This document shows, one piece after another, positions 1 through 12,357 of a DNA stretch of 64,000 nt; position 1 is the stretch's first letter, and each line of letters starts with the position of its first letter. Position numbers and translations under genes: made by a program. The notes beneath the pieces are model-generated. The model had not been told where the DNA came from, did no database searches, and saw only the letters and a program-made list of their open reading frames with translations. Source of the stretch: Malacoraja senta (lineage: Eukaryota); NCBI GenBank assembly GCA_038087875.1, contig CM075990.1, forward strand, positions 12,340,001 to 12,404,000, written 5' to 3'.

Positions 1-743
1 TTGGAGGATCAGCTTTACCATAAAAAGTATTACAAATTCTCAGTTATCAGAACGTGACAACTCTGACAGTTTGGCGAATGTTAGACAGTCCAAACTCCTG
101 TCAGTGGTCTTGAACTCCCAAACCTCTGGCTCTGAGGCAAGTCTAGATTTCCCCACACTGTGAAGAGAGACTCATTCAAAGATCACAGTGGTTGATAGCC
201 TCGGGCAGGTTAGGAATGAGCTCATTTATTCCTGTGGATATCTGCAGTCTCGACTCCTACACAGCGATGTCCCAGAGCTATGTGTTGTCCACAGTGAACA
301 AAAGACTGTTTGTAAACAAAGCAGGAATGAATCTTTGTAGGTTTTCCAATTATCATTTAATGAGGGGATGTTGCACAATTGTTTGAATAGAGCGTGTGGC
401 ATTTGTAACTTATACACCTGGTAGCATTGTCCATAATGAGTTCACATTGCCATTGAAGTAGCATTGAAGGTGTCATGCAGTCATGCAACTGAGATCTGAC
501 TAGTAAACTTTGAAAGTCCATGGGCTTTTGTTGCGACTTGGCCTATCACCAAAGCGAAATTCTAACTTTAAAATCTTGTGTTTGGTTTATCAATTATTGA
601 TTTTTCTTTTTTAATCTGCTGATGCTGGAAATCTGAAACAAAACCCCCAAAAAAACACTTGGGGAAACATTCAACAGGTCAGTCAGTTGGGCTTCTGATG
701 CAGATCTGAATACGGTGTCTACAGTTTAGTTTATTGTCACATG

Positions 744-935
744 TAGACAAAAGTGCTGGAGAAACTCAGCGGGGTGCAGCAGCATCTATGGAGCGAAGGA
801 AATAGGCAACGTTTCGGGCCCGAAACGTTGCCTATTTCCTTCGCTCCATAGATGATGCTGCTGCACCCGCTGAGTTTCTCCAGCACTTTTGTCTACCTTC
901 GATTTTCCAGCATCTGCAGTTCCTTCTTAAACACG
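744..935. mobile_element. Palindromic Penelope-derived terminal-repeat insertion
   Basis: About 75-bp near-perfect inverted repeat centred on tttcgggcccgaaa (about 812-825), followed by ccagcatctgcagttccttc. Confidence 0.75.
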
Positions 936-1013
936 TATGTCATGTGTACCGAGGTACAGTGAAAAGCTTTTGTTACGTGCTATCCAGTCAGCGGGAAGAC
1001 AATACATGATTAT

Positions 1014-1041
1014 CTGAAGAAGGGTCTCGACCCGAAACGTC
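1014..1041 (+). ncRNA. Minimal (type I) hammerhead-ribozyme-like motif in a Penelope-derived terminal repeat
   Basis: CTGAAGA-A-GGGTC(TC)GACCC-GAAA-CG-TC: CUGANGA box, stem II, GAAA box and GUC cleavage triplet, with ACGU as a palindromic stem III. The insert is flanked by the 13-bp duplication tacatgattatct (1003-1015 and 1107-1119). Confidence 0.7.
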
Positions 1042-2005
1042 ACCCGTTCCTTCTCTCCAGAGATGCTGCCTGACCCGCTGAGTTACTCCAGCTTTTTGCG
1101 TTTATCTACATGATTATCTTTCTCCTGTTTCTCTTGTCACAAGTCCTCTCTGATCTGCTAGCTATTTCCAACATTTTCTATTATTTATTTTGTGCCATTT
1201 TATATTAACTAAGAAAAACAAAGTTAACATTTCAGATCAAAGACTCGTCTTCAATCAATTCTTCTGTCGTCCCCAACGAGGGCTGGACCTCTGTCTCAAG
1301 CCCCTCCACCCTCTCCAGCTATGCTCCTTCATGGTTTAGTGGGTGCTGGAGCGGGGTTTCATTGTCAGATGGCACAGCTGGGTAATCTCCACGACTTTGC
1401 ATAATTAACTGTTTACAGCAACTTACCACTTTATTGGTTCGTAATTTGAAAGTATGTTTTCAAACGAAAATATGCCTGAGATGATTGCTTGAGATTAACC
1501 CAGGCACTGGCAGCTGGCAAAAGGAAATGTCAGCTGTCCATTTGACACTGCATGCAGCGACTGGAACATTCATTTCTTCGGGGAAATTACGTCTTTTCTC
1601 AGTGGCTCTGCTATCTCGTAGATTCATACAGTATGGGAAATGTCCTTCGGCCCATTGAGTCAATAGACAATAGACAATATGTGCAGGAGTAGGCCATTTG
1701 GCCCTTCGAGCCAGCACCGCCATTCAATGTGATTATGGCTGACCATCCCCAATCAGTACCCCGTTCCTGCCTTCATCCCCATATCCCCATGACTCCGCTA
1801 TTTTTAAGAGCCCTATCTAGCTCTCTCTTGAAAGCATCCAGAGAACCTGCCTCCACCGCCCTCTGAGGCAGAGAATTCCACAGACTCACCACTCTCTGTG
1901 AGAAAAAGTGTTTCCTCCTCTCCGTTCTAAATGGCTTACTCCTTATTCTTGAAGTCCATGGGTGGAGAGATGTAGACTGGTCCTGGTCACGAGAGTCCCA
2001 AGGCA

Positions 2006-2305
2006 GGGCGGCACGGTGGCACAGAGGTAGAGTTGCTGCCTTACAGCGCCAGAGACACGAGTTCGATCCTGACCACGGGTGCTGTATGTACGGAGTTTGT
2101 ACCTTCACTCTGCCACTGCGTGGGTTTTCTCCGGGTGCTCCGGTTTCCACCCGCACTCCGAAGACGTACGGGTTTGTATGTTAATTGACTTGTGTAAATT
2201 GTCCCCAGTGTAGTATTAGTGTACGGTGTGATCGATGGTCGGCGCAGACTCGGTGGGCCAAAGGGCCTGTTTCCACGTTGCATCACTAAAGTCTAAAAGT
2301 CTAAA
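2006..2305 (+). mobile_element. tRNA-derived V-SINE (HE1-like)
   Basis: Box A tggcacagaggtagag and box B gttcgatcc. V-domain gggttttctccgggtgctccggtttc. CR1-like tail gggcctgtttcc. Confidence 0.8.
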
Positions 2306-2551
2306 GTGTGTGTGTCAACTAACATGCACCAATTCTCACTAATCCTACGTTATTCCAATATCATTCTTAACTCCCCTCATCCTTTCACTCACCCCATGCT
2401 AGGGGCATGTTTAGCAGCCAATTAATTCAGCGACCTGCATGCCTGCTTTGGTTGGTGTCAGGATTATTCACATTTTTCATATGGCCACCCTCCCAGATCT
2501 GATAAGCTGAACAAAATGATAGCCCTCATCCAAAATGAGCACGGGATTTAT

Positions 2552-2998
2552 GTCATAAGTGATAGGAGCAGAATTAGGCTATTCGGCCCTTCAAGTCTAC
2601 TCCGCCATTCATTCATAGCTGATCTATCTCTCCCTCCAAACCCCATTCACCTGCCTTCTCCCCATAACCCCGACACCCGTACTAATCAAGAAACTATCTA
2701 TCTCTGCCTTATAAATATCCATTGACTTGGCCTCCACAGCCTTCTGTGGCAAAAAAATTCCACAGTTCACCACCCTCTGACTAAAGAAATTGCTCCTCAT
2801 CTCCTTCCTAAAGGAACGTCCTTTAATTCTGAGGCTATGACCTCTGGTCCTAGACTCCCCCACTAGTGGAAACATCTGCTCCTCATCCACTCTATCCAGG
2901 CCTTTTCATTATTCGGCAAGTTTCAATGAGGTTCCTCCCCTCATCCTTGTAAACTCCAGCGAGTACAGGCCCAGTGCTGCCGAACGCTCACCATATGT
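2552..2998 (-). mobile_element. CR1-clade LINE 3' fragment
   Basis: MFPLVGESRTRGHSLRIKG...FFSQRVVN peptide (ORF 2624-2890). Similar fragments at about 1659-1950, 4249-4670, 6080-6475, 8136-8403, 10116-10465, 13440-13835, 43823-44135 and 62065-62420. Confidence 0.8.
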
Positions 2999-4885
2999 TG
3001 TTGTGGCTTTACCTGCTTTTGCATTTCAACAAGTCTTGACAAGGCTGCCACAGTGGGCAGACTGTGTGGAATCACATGAGACTAACAACTCCAGCGATCT
3101 GTTTCAGAGAGATGCAGCCCTACACTGACTTTTGTTTAACCTTTTTAAATATTTACATTAAACGGCATTGACTGCCACAAGTTTTAAATAAAATGTACCA
3201 AATGTTGTTGAATATATAATATACAGTCTGAAAGCATCACCATTGTACTTGAAATGCAATTGCATTTAAAAAATAGAAAGGTATGGATGATTAATTTGAC
3301 TCATAAACCAGGTAATAGAGAGCTGCAGATGTTAGTTGTAATTTGTAACTCCTTGATTGCTGGAGTAACATAGAAACATAGAAAATACGTGCAGGAAGAG
3401 GCAGCACCGCCATTCATTGTGATCATGGCTGATCGTCCCCAATCAATAACCCGTGCCTGCCTTCTCCCCATATCCCTTGATTCCACTAGTCACAAGGAGT
3501 TGTCTCCTTGTTTTGTATGTGGAGAGAGGGTGTAAGTCCATAGCTCCCTGAGATTGGAAATACAGGTGAAATAGAGTATTCATATTGGAGCTTTATACAT
3601 TCTTGGTTAGGCTGCACTTGGAATATTGTCCTAATTTATATACTGCAATAACCCAACATTTAAATTGGAACTTAATGCTTGTCCCATTCTAATTATGCCC
3701 ACAAGTATTAGCCCTACTGAAATTAAACACATATGTAAGATTTAAAATATTGTATTGTTTATGGTGCTGGGGAGAACTGGAAACAATTTCCTCTCCGGTT
3801 ATGCTTAGCAAAGTAATAAGCTTGCTTATGAGAAAAGGACTACCTATTTATTACAGAGAGAAAATCTTCCACAGTGGGCACCTTTCATCCTCTGCAGGGT
3901 ATCTTACCAATACATCCTTTGCAAGTTTAATGCTCCGTTATTTGGCATTGATGAATTCCAGAGCCATCACTTCCAACCGACAACAGCTGACGAAATAGCA
4001 AATTGTGATGGGGATGCCTGGCTGTGCTTGTCAGCAGCTTTCAGACCAAGTGATGAAAATCTTGTCAGCTGAGAAAGTGTGTAAATAGCTTTAGCTCTGC
4101 TGATGCACCTGCCCCCCTGGGTACAGATGGATGGGATAACACCATCTCAGAGCAGTGCAACGGAAAGTTTATTGAAAGTGAGAAAATGCTGCGAGTAAAA
4201 TAAATGCCAAATGGGACAAACATTGTATTGCAAAATATGAAATTACTCCATAGAAACATAGAAACATGGAAAATAGGTGCAGGAGGACACCATTCGGCCC
4301 TTCGAGCCAGCACCGCCATTCATTGTCATCATGGCTGATCGTCCCCTATCAATAACCCGTGCCTGCCTTCTCCCCATATCCCTTGACTCCACTAGCCCCC
4401 AGAGCTCTATCTAACTCTCTCTTAAATCCATCCAGTGATTTGGCCTCCACTGCCCTCTGTGGCAGGGAATTCTACAAATTCACAACTCTCTGGGTGAAAT
4501 AGTTTTTTCTCACCTCAGTCTTAAATGGCCTCCCCTATATTCTAAGACTGTGGCCCCTGGTTCTGGACTCGCCCAACATTGGGAACATTTTCCCTGCATC
4601 TAGCTTGTCCAGTCCTTTTATAACCGTATATGTTTCTATAAGATCCCCCCTCATCCGTCTAAACTCCAGTGACTCATGATATAAAGTGGCACAGACTGTC
4701 GTGTACAAACATGTTCTCTGGATCTAGCACAACCTGAAGGTAAGGATGATAATGTTTGAATTCATGATGTCGTCAGAACTGGGAGCCAGTGTTAATGAGC
4801 TTTGGGATGAGAGGTGAACAAGACTTGGAGTGAGTCCAACAGTGAGCAGCAAAGCCTTGGGAGAAACTAACATGAATTAGTGATA

Positions 4886-5095
4886 GGAAGGAACTGCAGA
4901 TGTTGGTTCAAATCGAGGATAGACACAAAATGCTGGAGTAACTCAGGGAGGGCAGGAAACATCGCTGGAGAGAAGGAATTGGTGTCTGAAAGGAATTCAG
5001 TCTGAAGAAGGGTCTCAACCTGAAACATCACCCATTCCTCCTCTCCAGAGATGCTGCCTGTCCCGCTGAGTTACTCCAGCATTTTGTGTCTATCT
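4886..5095. mobile_element. Head-to-head Penelope-derived insertion with a 14-bp TSD
   Basis: atgaattagtgata at 4872-4885 and 5096-5109. Inverted arms with an internal degenerate CTGAAGA..GAAACATC. Confidence 0.75.
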
Positions 5096-6502
5096 ATGAA
5101 TTAGTGATATGGGTGACCCACTTGATAATTCTCATTGTATGTGTTTCTTGTTGTTTGCTTTAAGAATCCAATTGTCACATCCATGATCCAAAAAGAGGAA
5201 AATTCTTTGATTTAGATTAGTTTAGAGATACGGCCCGAAAAAACAGGCCCTTCAGCCCACTGAGTCCGCGCCGACCAGCGATCCCCACACACTAACACCA
5301 TCCTACACACACTAGGAACAATTTACAATTATACCAAGCCAATTAACCTACAAACCTGTATGTCCTTGGACTGTGGGAGGGAACTGGAGATCCCGGAGTT
5401 TAGTTTAGAGATACAGCACAAAAACAGGCCCTTCAGCCCACTGAGTCCGCGCTGACCATCGATCACCCTTTCACACTAGATCTCTGTTATCCCTCTCTCC
5501 CATCCCACACCCTACACCAAGGGCAATTTACAGTGGCCAATTAGTCTACAAACCTGTACGGCTTTGGGATGTGGGAGGAAACTGGAGCACCCGGAGGATA
5601 TTCACGCGTTCACTGGGAGAACGTGCAAACTCCATGCAGACACCACCCGAGGTCAGGATTGAACCCAGCTCTTTGGTGCTTCGAGGCAACAGCTGCGCTA
5701 ACGTGCCACCCAGTTGTGATTGAATTGTGCAAATCAGGGAAAGAAATTAATTAATGTGTTCACATCATGTAAGCTAGTTAACAAACCCAGCAGCCATTAA
5801 ATAATGTGAGGTTTACTGCTGATGTGCTTGTCTCTCTAATTATCTACACCCCAACCTTTTAAACACATTTATAGACAGCTTCCAGAAGCCTTGTTAGGTG
5901 ATGTTTGCTGGATAACTCTCAAAGCATTGCAACAATCCCCATTTGTAGCATTGCCTGAGTCTGTGTCTAAGTGTGTGGAAGGATCAATCACGGAAGGCAC
6001 TGCAGGAGACCCTCTGGCCCATGTTGTGTTTGACAACTCTACGGAAGCAACTTTGGCTGAAGGTGAAAGCTGTTACTGAAAGGAGGACCTCATTGGAACC
6101 TACCGAATAGTAAAATGCCGGGAGAGCATGGATGTGGAGAGGATGTTCCCACTAGTGGGAGAGTCCAGGACCAGAGGCCATAGCCTCAGAATCAAAGGAC
6201 GTTCCTTTTAGAAGGAGATGAGGAGGAGTTTCTTTAGTCAGAGGGTGGTGAATCTGTGGAATTTATTGCCACAGAAGGCTGTGGAGGCCACGTCAATGGA
6301 TATTTTTAAGGCAGAGATCGATAGTTTCTTGATTAGTCCAGGTGTCAGGGGTTGTGGGGAGAAGGCAGGAGAATGGGGCATGGAGGGAGAGATAGATCAG
6401 CCATGATTAAATGGAGGAGTAGACTTGATTGGCCGAATGGCCTAATTCTGCTCCAATCACTTGTGACCTTATGAACTAATATATTCTTATCTCTGCTCTT
6501 AG

Positions 6503-6575
6503 GATGAAAATGACAATTCTCCAACTTTTAGCCAACCCTCCTATGTCATGGCAGTCTCTGAAAACATAATCGCAG
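6503..6575 (+). CDS. CDH23: Cadherin-23 internal exon (approx. human exon 19), 73 bp, phase 0-1
   Basis: ag at 6501-6502 and gtgag at 6576. Translates DENDNSPTFSQPSYVMAVSENIIA(G), with the cadherin DXNDN calcium motif. Confidence 0.93.
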
Positions 6576-7302
6576 GTGAGACCGGTGAACTATCAGCAGT
6601 TCAGCTTCAGTCCATGGAAGGGTCCTGTCCTGAAACGCCGCCTATCCATGTTCTCCAGGGATTCTGCCTGACCCGCTGTTACTCCAACATAGTGTGTATT
6701 TATTTTGTAAACCAGCATCTGCAGCCCATTCTTTAACAGTTCTGGTCTTGCCCGATTAGCTGGGAGCACCTAGCCATTCCACGGAGAATATCGTTGACCT
6801 TTTATTGAGCCATTTATTGTTGACCTTGGAGGACATGGGCAACGTATCTTTGGTTTGGTGAGGTAAAGTGAGGCTGGTTACATGATCTGCCTGAATATTG
6901 TACAGGTGTAACAGTGTGGGATTCACTGCAGTGGATCCATGACAATCTTGTTTCCATACTCTATGTTTTTTTCTTCCATTTGCCTCCCCATGGTCATTGA
7001 GCGGATGGGGGTAGATGGGATGGGAAGGGAAGTGATTGATGCAACAGCAGCAGTCCAGTAATCAAGAGTGTCAGGTTTGACTTCTCCAATACTTGGCTAT
7101 TTCCTATTGACACAGGGAACTTCAGATGCTGGTTTACAAAATAAGTCACAGTGCTGGAGTAACTAAGTGGGTCAGGCAGCATGTTCTCTAGAGATACTGC
7201 CTGACCCACTGAATTACTCCACCACTTTGTGCTTTTTCTTGCCTATTCCCTGTATTTTGTTCCTTTATCCTTTTGTGACCGCAGTCTGTTTCTCTATCAC
7301 AG

Positions 7303-7419
7303 GAGCGACCGTATTGTTTGCCACGGCGTCTGATTTGGACCAGTCTCGGGAGTACGGGCAGGAGTCAATAATCTACTCTTTAGAGGGATCCTCGCAGTTT
7401 CGTATCAACACTCGCTCAG
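7303..7419 (+). CDS. CDH23: Cadherin-23 internal exon (approx. exon 20), 117 bp, phase 1-1
   Basis: Pyrimidine tract with cag acceptor and gtaga donor. (G)ATVLFATASDLDQSREYGQESIIYSLEGSSQFRINTRS(G); SREYGQESIIYSLEGS is characteristic of CDH23. Confidence 0.95.
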
Positions 7420-7647
7420 GTAGACTGTTTGCCTCTTAGGGGGAATTGACCAATCTGTCTCAATTTAATTGCGCAGTCATTCACAAGCAGGATTGATGAT
7501 TTCACCTAAGAAATAGTCAAGGGATCAGCTGAAGGACAAGTCAGAGCCTTAATGTAAATGGAAGGATTTCTCTCTTTTTTGATTTCACGAAACCGCTTTC
7601 ATTGAATATTGAAGAACTCGTAATCATTTTACAGATTCTACCACTAA

Positions 7648-7841
7648 AGGGCCTGTCCCACTTGGGTGTCATTTGCGCGTAGCGCAGATGGTGCGCGAAG
7701 ATTTTGTACATCCCAAAATCCTGGGGCGTGGCGCGCGATCGCGCGTCACTGCCTACGTCACCACGCACCATGCGCGCATCATGACGCGTAAATGATGTCG
7801 CGTAAATTACGCGTAAATGACGCCCAAGTGGGACAGGCCCT
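7648..7841. mobile_element. PIF/Harbinger-type MITE
   Basis: TIRs agggcctgtcccacttgg / ccaagtgggacaggccct. TAA and TTA flanks. Confidence 0.75.
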
Positions 7842-9013
7842 TTACAAACCTAGCAATGATAATACAATTACCTTGTTCAATAAAGAAAGCAACTGTTTGA
7901 TACTAATGAGTGAATGGGCTGTGCGAGGACTGCTGGGAGATGGCACTGTGGGTGCAGGGCATGCAGAGCCATGTACGCCTTATCTGTTTTGGTTTGTTTA
8001 AAGCCGAATTTCGTTTCCCAAGGCTGGCCACAGGGTTTCCACTTGTAATAACTCTTCCTCCTGGATTCCTAGCCAGAAGGCAGGTGGAGGCAAAAAAAAA
8101 AAAAATCAAACATGACAGTGATTCACAAGGCAAGTACTTTCATATAGAGGGAGTTGGGTATATGGAATGAGCTGCCAGAGGAGGTAGTTGTGGCAGAAAC
8201 TATAACAATATTTAAAAGCTATTTGTTCAGGTGCATGGATAGGGAAGGTTTGAAGAGATGCATAGAATAGAGTCATACAGCAGGGAAACTGGCACTGTGG
8301 CCCAACTTGCCAAATGCCGGCAGGTGAGTAGCATAGATGGGGCATCTTGGTTGACATGGGCAAGTTGGGCTGAAAGGCTGGTTCCCGTGCTCTTTGACTC
8401 TATGAAAGAAAAACCTGGATTCCATGCTCGATTCCAATTACTTTTCCAAATCAATCATAAGGCAATTTAATTACTAATCCATCTCCACTTGAGCTGTTAA
8501 ATGGGAGGGTTTTCCCACTGTGTTGGGGATGTCTAAAGCAGTCGCGTTGTGCTGTGATTTTTGCAACGGGGTGGAGAGATCTACTCGGGTGTAAAATGAC
8601 ACACCACCTGAGCCCAGTGGCTTGAAGTGGTCTGAACCTTCTCAAACCTGAAAAGTCTCAGTCATTGTGATAAACAAATAAAAACATACAATTGATCTGT
8701 TTGAGGATGAAGCATTTAATAATTGATCGAGAACAAAGAATGTTTGCAGTGGTACTGAACAAATCCTCCTGGGATAAGCCAGCAAGCCTGGCCTGGCTTG
8801 ACTCGACCCGAAATGTTTTTTGCAGAATTTGCAATTGACCCAAACCTGACACATACAGTTGAGATCTAGTGGACTTGAGTTTGAGTGTTTGTGTGAATTT
8901 ACTAAAGGCAAGAAGGGTAGTTGATCCGTAATTGGCCTTGGGTTGTCCATATATATATATATATCCTATATATAGATGATCTTTAAACTTCATGGTCTTT
9001 AAAGGAAAGATTG

Positions 9014-9325
9014 GTGTGGCATGGTGGCGCAGCGGTAGAGTAGCTGTCCTACAGCACCAGACACCCGGGTTCGATCCTGACTACGGGTGCTTGTCTGTAC
9101 GGAGTTTGTACATTCTCCCCATGACCTGCGTGGGTTTTCTCTGGAATCTTCCCCTTTCCTCCCACACTCCAAAGACGTAGAGGCTTGTAGGCTAATTGGC
9201 TTGGTATATGTGTAAATTGTCCCTACTGTGTGCAGGATATTATTAGTGTGCGGGGATCGTTGGTCAGCGCGAACTCAGTGGGCTGTTGGATCTGTTTCCG
9301 CACTGTATCTCTAAACTAAACAAAA
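9014..9325 (+). mobile_element. tRNA-derived V-SINE (HE1-like)
   Basis: tggcgcagcggtagag, gggttcgatcc, V-domain and ctgtatctctaaactaaa tail. Confidence 0.8.
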
Positions 9326-9553
9326 CACAAACCATGCATATCAAGATACACTTGATGTAAAACAAAGGGGAAGGCATCGGCCATTCAGTCCCTTGAGCAT
9401 GATCTTGAAATCAATTAGATCTTGACTCATCTGTATCTCTTGCCCTATTTCCATTATCCCTTGGACAAGACACATGGTTATTATTTGTAATTAATGCATT
9501 GACTTTATAACTGCCATTGTGCGATTATAACGATCCTGTCCATTTTCTTGCAG

Positions 9554-9666
9554 GGGAAATAACCACAACTTCACTGCTGGACAGAGAGACCAAATTTGAG
9601 TACATCTTGATAGTCCGAGCAGTAGATGGCGGAGTGGCAAACAACCAGAAGACAGGGATAGCCACA
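9554..9666 (+). CDS. CDH23: Cadherin-23 internal exon (approx. exon 21), 113 bp, phase 1-0
   Basis: ttttcttgcag acceptor and gtgagt donor. (G)EITTTSLLDRETKFEYILIVRAVDGGVANNQKTGIAT, with the LDRE motif. Confidence 0.95.
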
Positions 9667-12046
9667 GTGAGTGATGTTGCCATACCAACCCGCCGGCAGA
9701 ACACAGGTCTTGTGATGGGTGTCTCCCCTGATACAGATCTCTTCGCAGAGCTAATGGCCGCGTTTGTTCCACTGTCAGCTCCTGGCGGACAAACCTCATT
9801 TAGCTGACAGCAACTTCAAAAGCCAGCAGTGAGGATTGGGGCATTGACCGAGTCTTCGCTGCGGGCGGGCTTTGTCACACTGACATGTTTCCACTCAAAT
9901 GCTTGTACCTCCGGAGGTGCCAGTGTTTAAACTATAGCACACCGACGGCACGTAGGACATAGCACATCAGGCGGCACCCGGGTCTCTGGCCTTACAGTGC
10001 CAGAGACCCAGGTCAATCCTGACCACGGGTGCTGTCTGTACGGAGTTTGTACGTTCTCCCCGTGACCCGCATGGGTTTTGTCTGAGATCTTCGGTTTCCT
10101 CCCACACTCCAAAGATATAATCATAACCATAACCATAACCATAACAGCACGGAAACAGGCCATCTCGGCCCTTCAAGTCCATGCCGAACATTTAAAAAAA
10201 AAAAAAATTAAATTAAAAATAAATACTTCCCCCTAGTCCCATCTACCTGCACTCAGACCATAACCCTCCATTCCTTTCCCGTCCATATACCCATCCAATC
10301 TATTTTTAAAGGATAACATCGAACCTGCCTCCACCACTGGAAGCTCATTCCACACAGCTACCACTCTCTGAGTAAAGAAGTTCCCCCTAATGTTACCCCT
10401 AAACTTCTGTCCCTTAATTCTCAAGTCATGTCCCCTTGTTTGAATCTTCCCTACTCTCAATGGGATGTACTGGCTTGTAGGTTAATTGGCTTGGTATAAA
10501 TGTCAATTGTCCCTAGGGTGTGTAGGATAGTGTTAATGAACTGTGATCACAGGTTGGTGTGGACTCGGTTGACCGATGGGCCTGTTTCTACGCTGTATCT
10601 CTAAACTAAACACCCCTTTCAGCATGTTTCAAAGAGTTGTACACTAAGTAGTGTCGCCCCAATATTCTTGGCATCCTGACTGTGCATAGAAAGCTCCCAC
10701 AAACAACAGCGACAATGATCACTGACAACAATAATAATCAGACATTTTTGTATTGAAGTAGGTAGAAGGATAAATATTGGTCATAATGTTGGGAAAACTC
10801 CCCTGCTATTCTTCAAAATAGTGTCATGGACACTTTGACATCTACCATGGTCAGATTAGATGTCTTTAGTTTAGTTTAGATATATAGCGCGGAAGCAGTC
10901 CCTTTGGCTCACCAAGTCAACGCGACCAGCGATCACCTCATATACTTGCATTATCATATACACTAGGGTCAACATACAATCTTTACTGAAGCCAATTAAC
11001 CTACAAACCAAAATGTCCTTGGAACTAACTCAGAAAGATTCTTATTTATACTGCTGCATTCCTAATTCTAAGCTATAGTGCATGGAATGTGATGCATCTC
11101 TTACTTGAGTTCTTTCCAAGGAAACTTTCCAAGGGCATTTTGTTTGCATAAGCAGACTAGGCAGCTTTATTAAAGCATCCTTTTTACAATCCATCAGTTG
11201 CTGGTTGGAGTTATTGATGTCTCCCTAAGTATAGCCCTATAACTCAGTGTAATTCTGCAGGGCACTGGTGAGACTGCACCTGGAGCACTGCGTAATGTTT
11301 TAGGAAGGATATCCTTGTGGTGCAGAGAAGGTTCCGCAGGTTGATTTATGGGATGAAGGGGGTCGATGTTCAGCAGGTTGGATGACAACTCATTGGAAAT
11401 CAGAACAAAAGGTGATCTTTGTGAAACATGTAGAGAGTTTTCCAAAATGGATGATTTCATTTTAGTTCCTGCCTGGATAATGAGGCTAATGAGAATGGTA
11501 TGAGAGTTGGCATTGGCTAGTTGGGACCAATGGCTCCCAAGGGTGTCAGGGGTTTAAGGGGAGAAGGCAGGAAAATGGGGTTGAGGGGGAAATATAGATC
11601 AGCCATGATTGAATGGCGGAGTAGACTCGATGGGCCAAATGGCCCAATTCTTCTCCTAGACTTCTGAACTTTTAAGACATAGGAAACTATGATAAGCATT
11701 GGGTATTGTTACAGAATAAGGGCTCGTCCATTTCACTTGGAGATGATGAGAAATGACCTCTCTCAGTGGGTTGTTTCCATGCTGTATCTCTAAACTAAAC
11801 ATAACTTGTACCTTACTGCGACTATTGGGCAAGTGTCTGGTGTCAATGGGAGTTTATTTTAAATTGGCATAGCATCGACAAGTCCAGGGTCCAGTCAAGT
11901 CCAATACACGAATCTCCAAGAAAAATTCCTCTAATGTCACACTTTGCTTGAAATCTGTGTAGTTATAAAGCTACAGGAACTAAGATTGTCATTGTTTTGG
12001 TCCTGGTACTTATGACAATTAAACACGCGTGATGCTTCAACCAAAC

Positions 12047-12357
12047 GTCACGGTGGCGCAGCGGCAGAGTTGCTGCCTTACAGCGAATGCAGCGCCGGAG
12101 ACCCGGGTTCGATCCCGACTACAGGGTGTTGTCTGTATGGAGTTTGGACATTCTCCCTTGACCTGCGTGGGGTTTCTCCGAGTTCTTTGGTTTCCTCCCA
12201 CATCTCCAAAGATGTACAGGTTTGTAGGGTTAATTGGCTTGGTTAATGTAAAAAAAGATTGTCCCTAGTGGGTATAGGATGGTGTTAATGTGCGGGGATT
12301 GCTGGTCGGTGCGGACCCGGTGGGCCGAAGGGCCTGTTTCCGCGCTGTATCTCTAAA
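12047..12357 (+). mobile_element. tRNA-derived V-SINE (HE1-like); same subfamily as 58103-58398
   Basis: Full A/B boxes, V-domain and tail. Diagnostic cagcgaatgcagcgccggagacc shared with the copy at about 58136. Confidence 0.85.

Noticed and set aside
12047..12120. tRNA-like A/B boxes here and in many other copies
   Set aside because: They are SINE heads that run into a V-domain and a LINE tail. No complete cloverleaf was seen.
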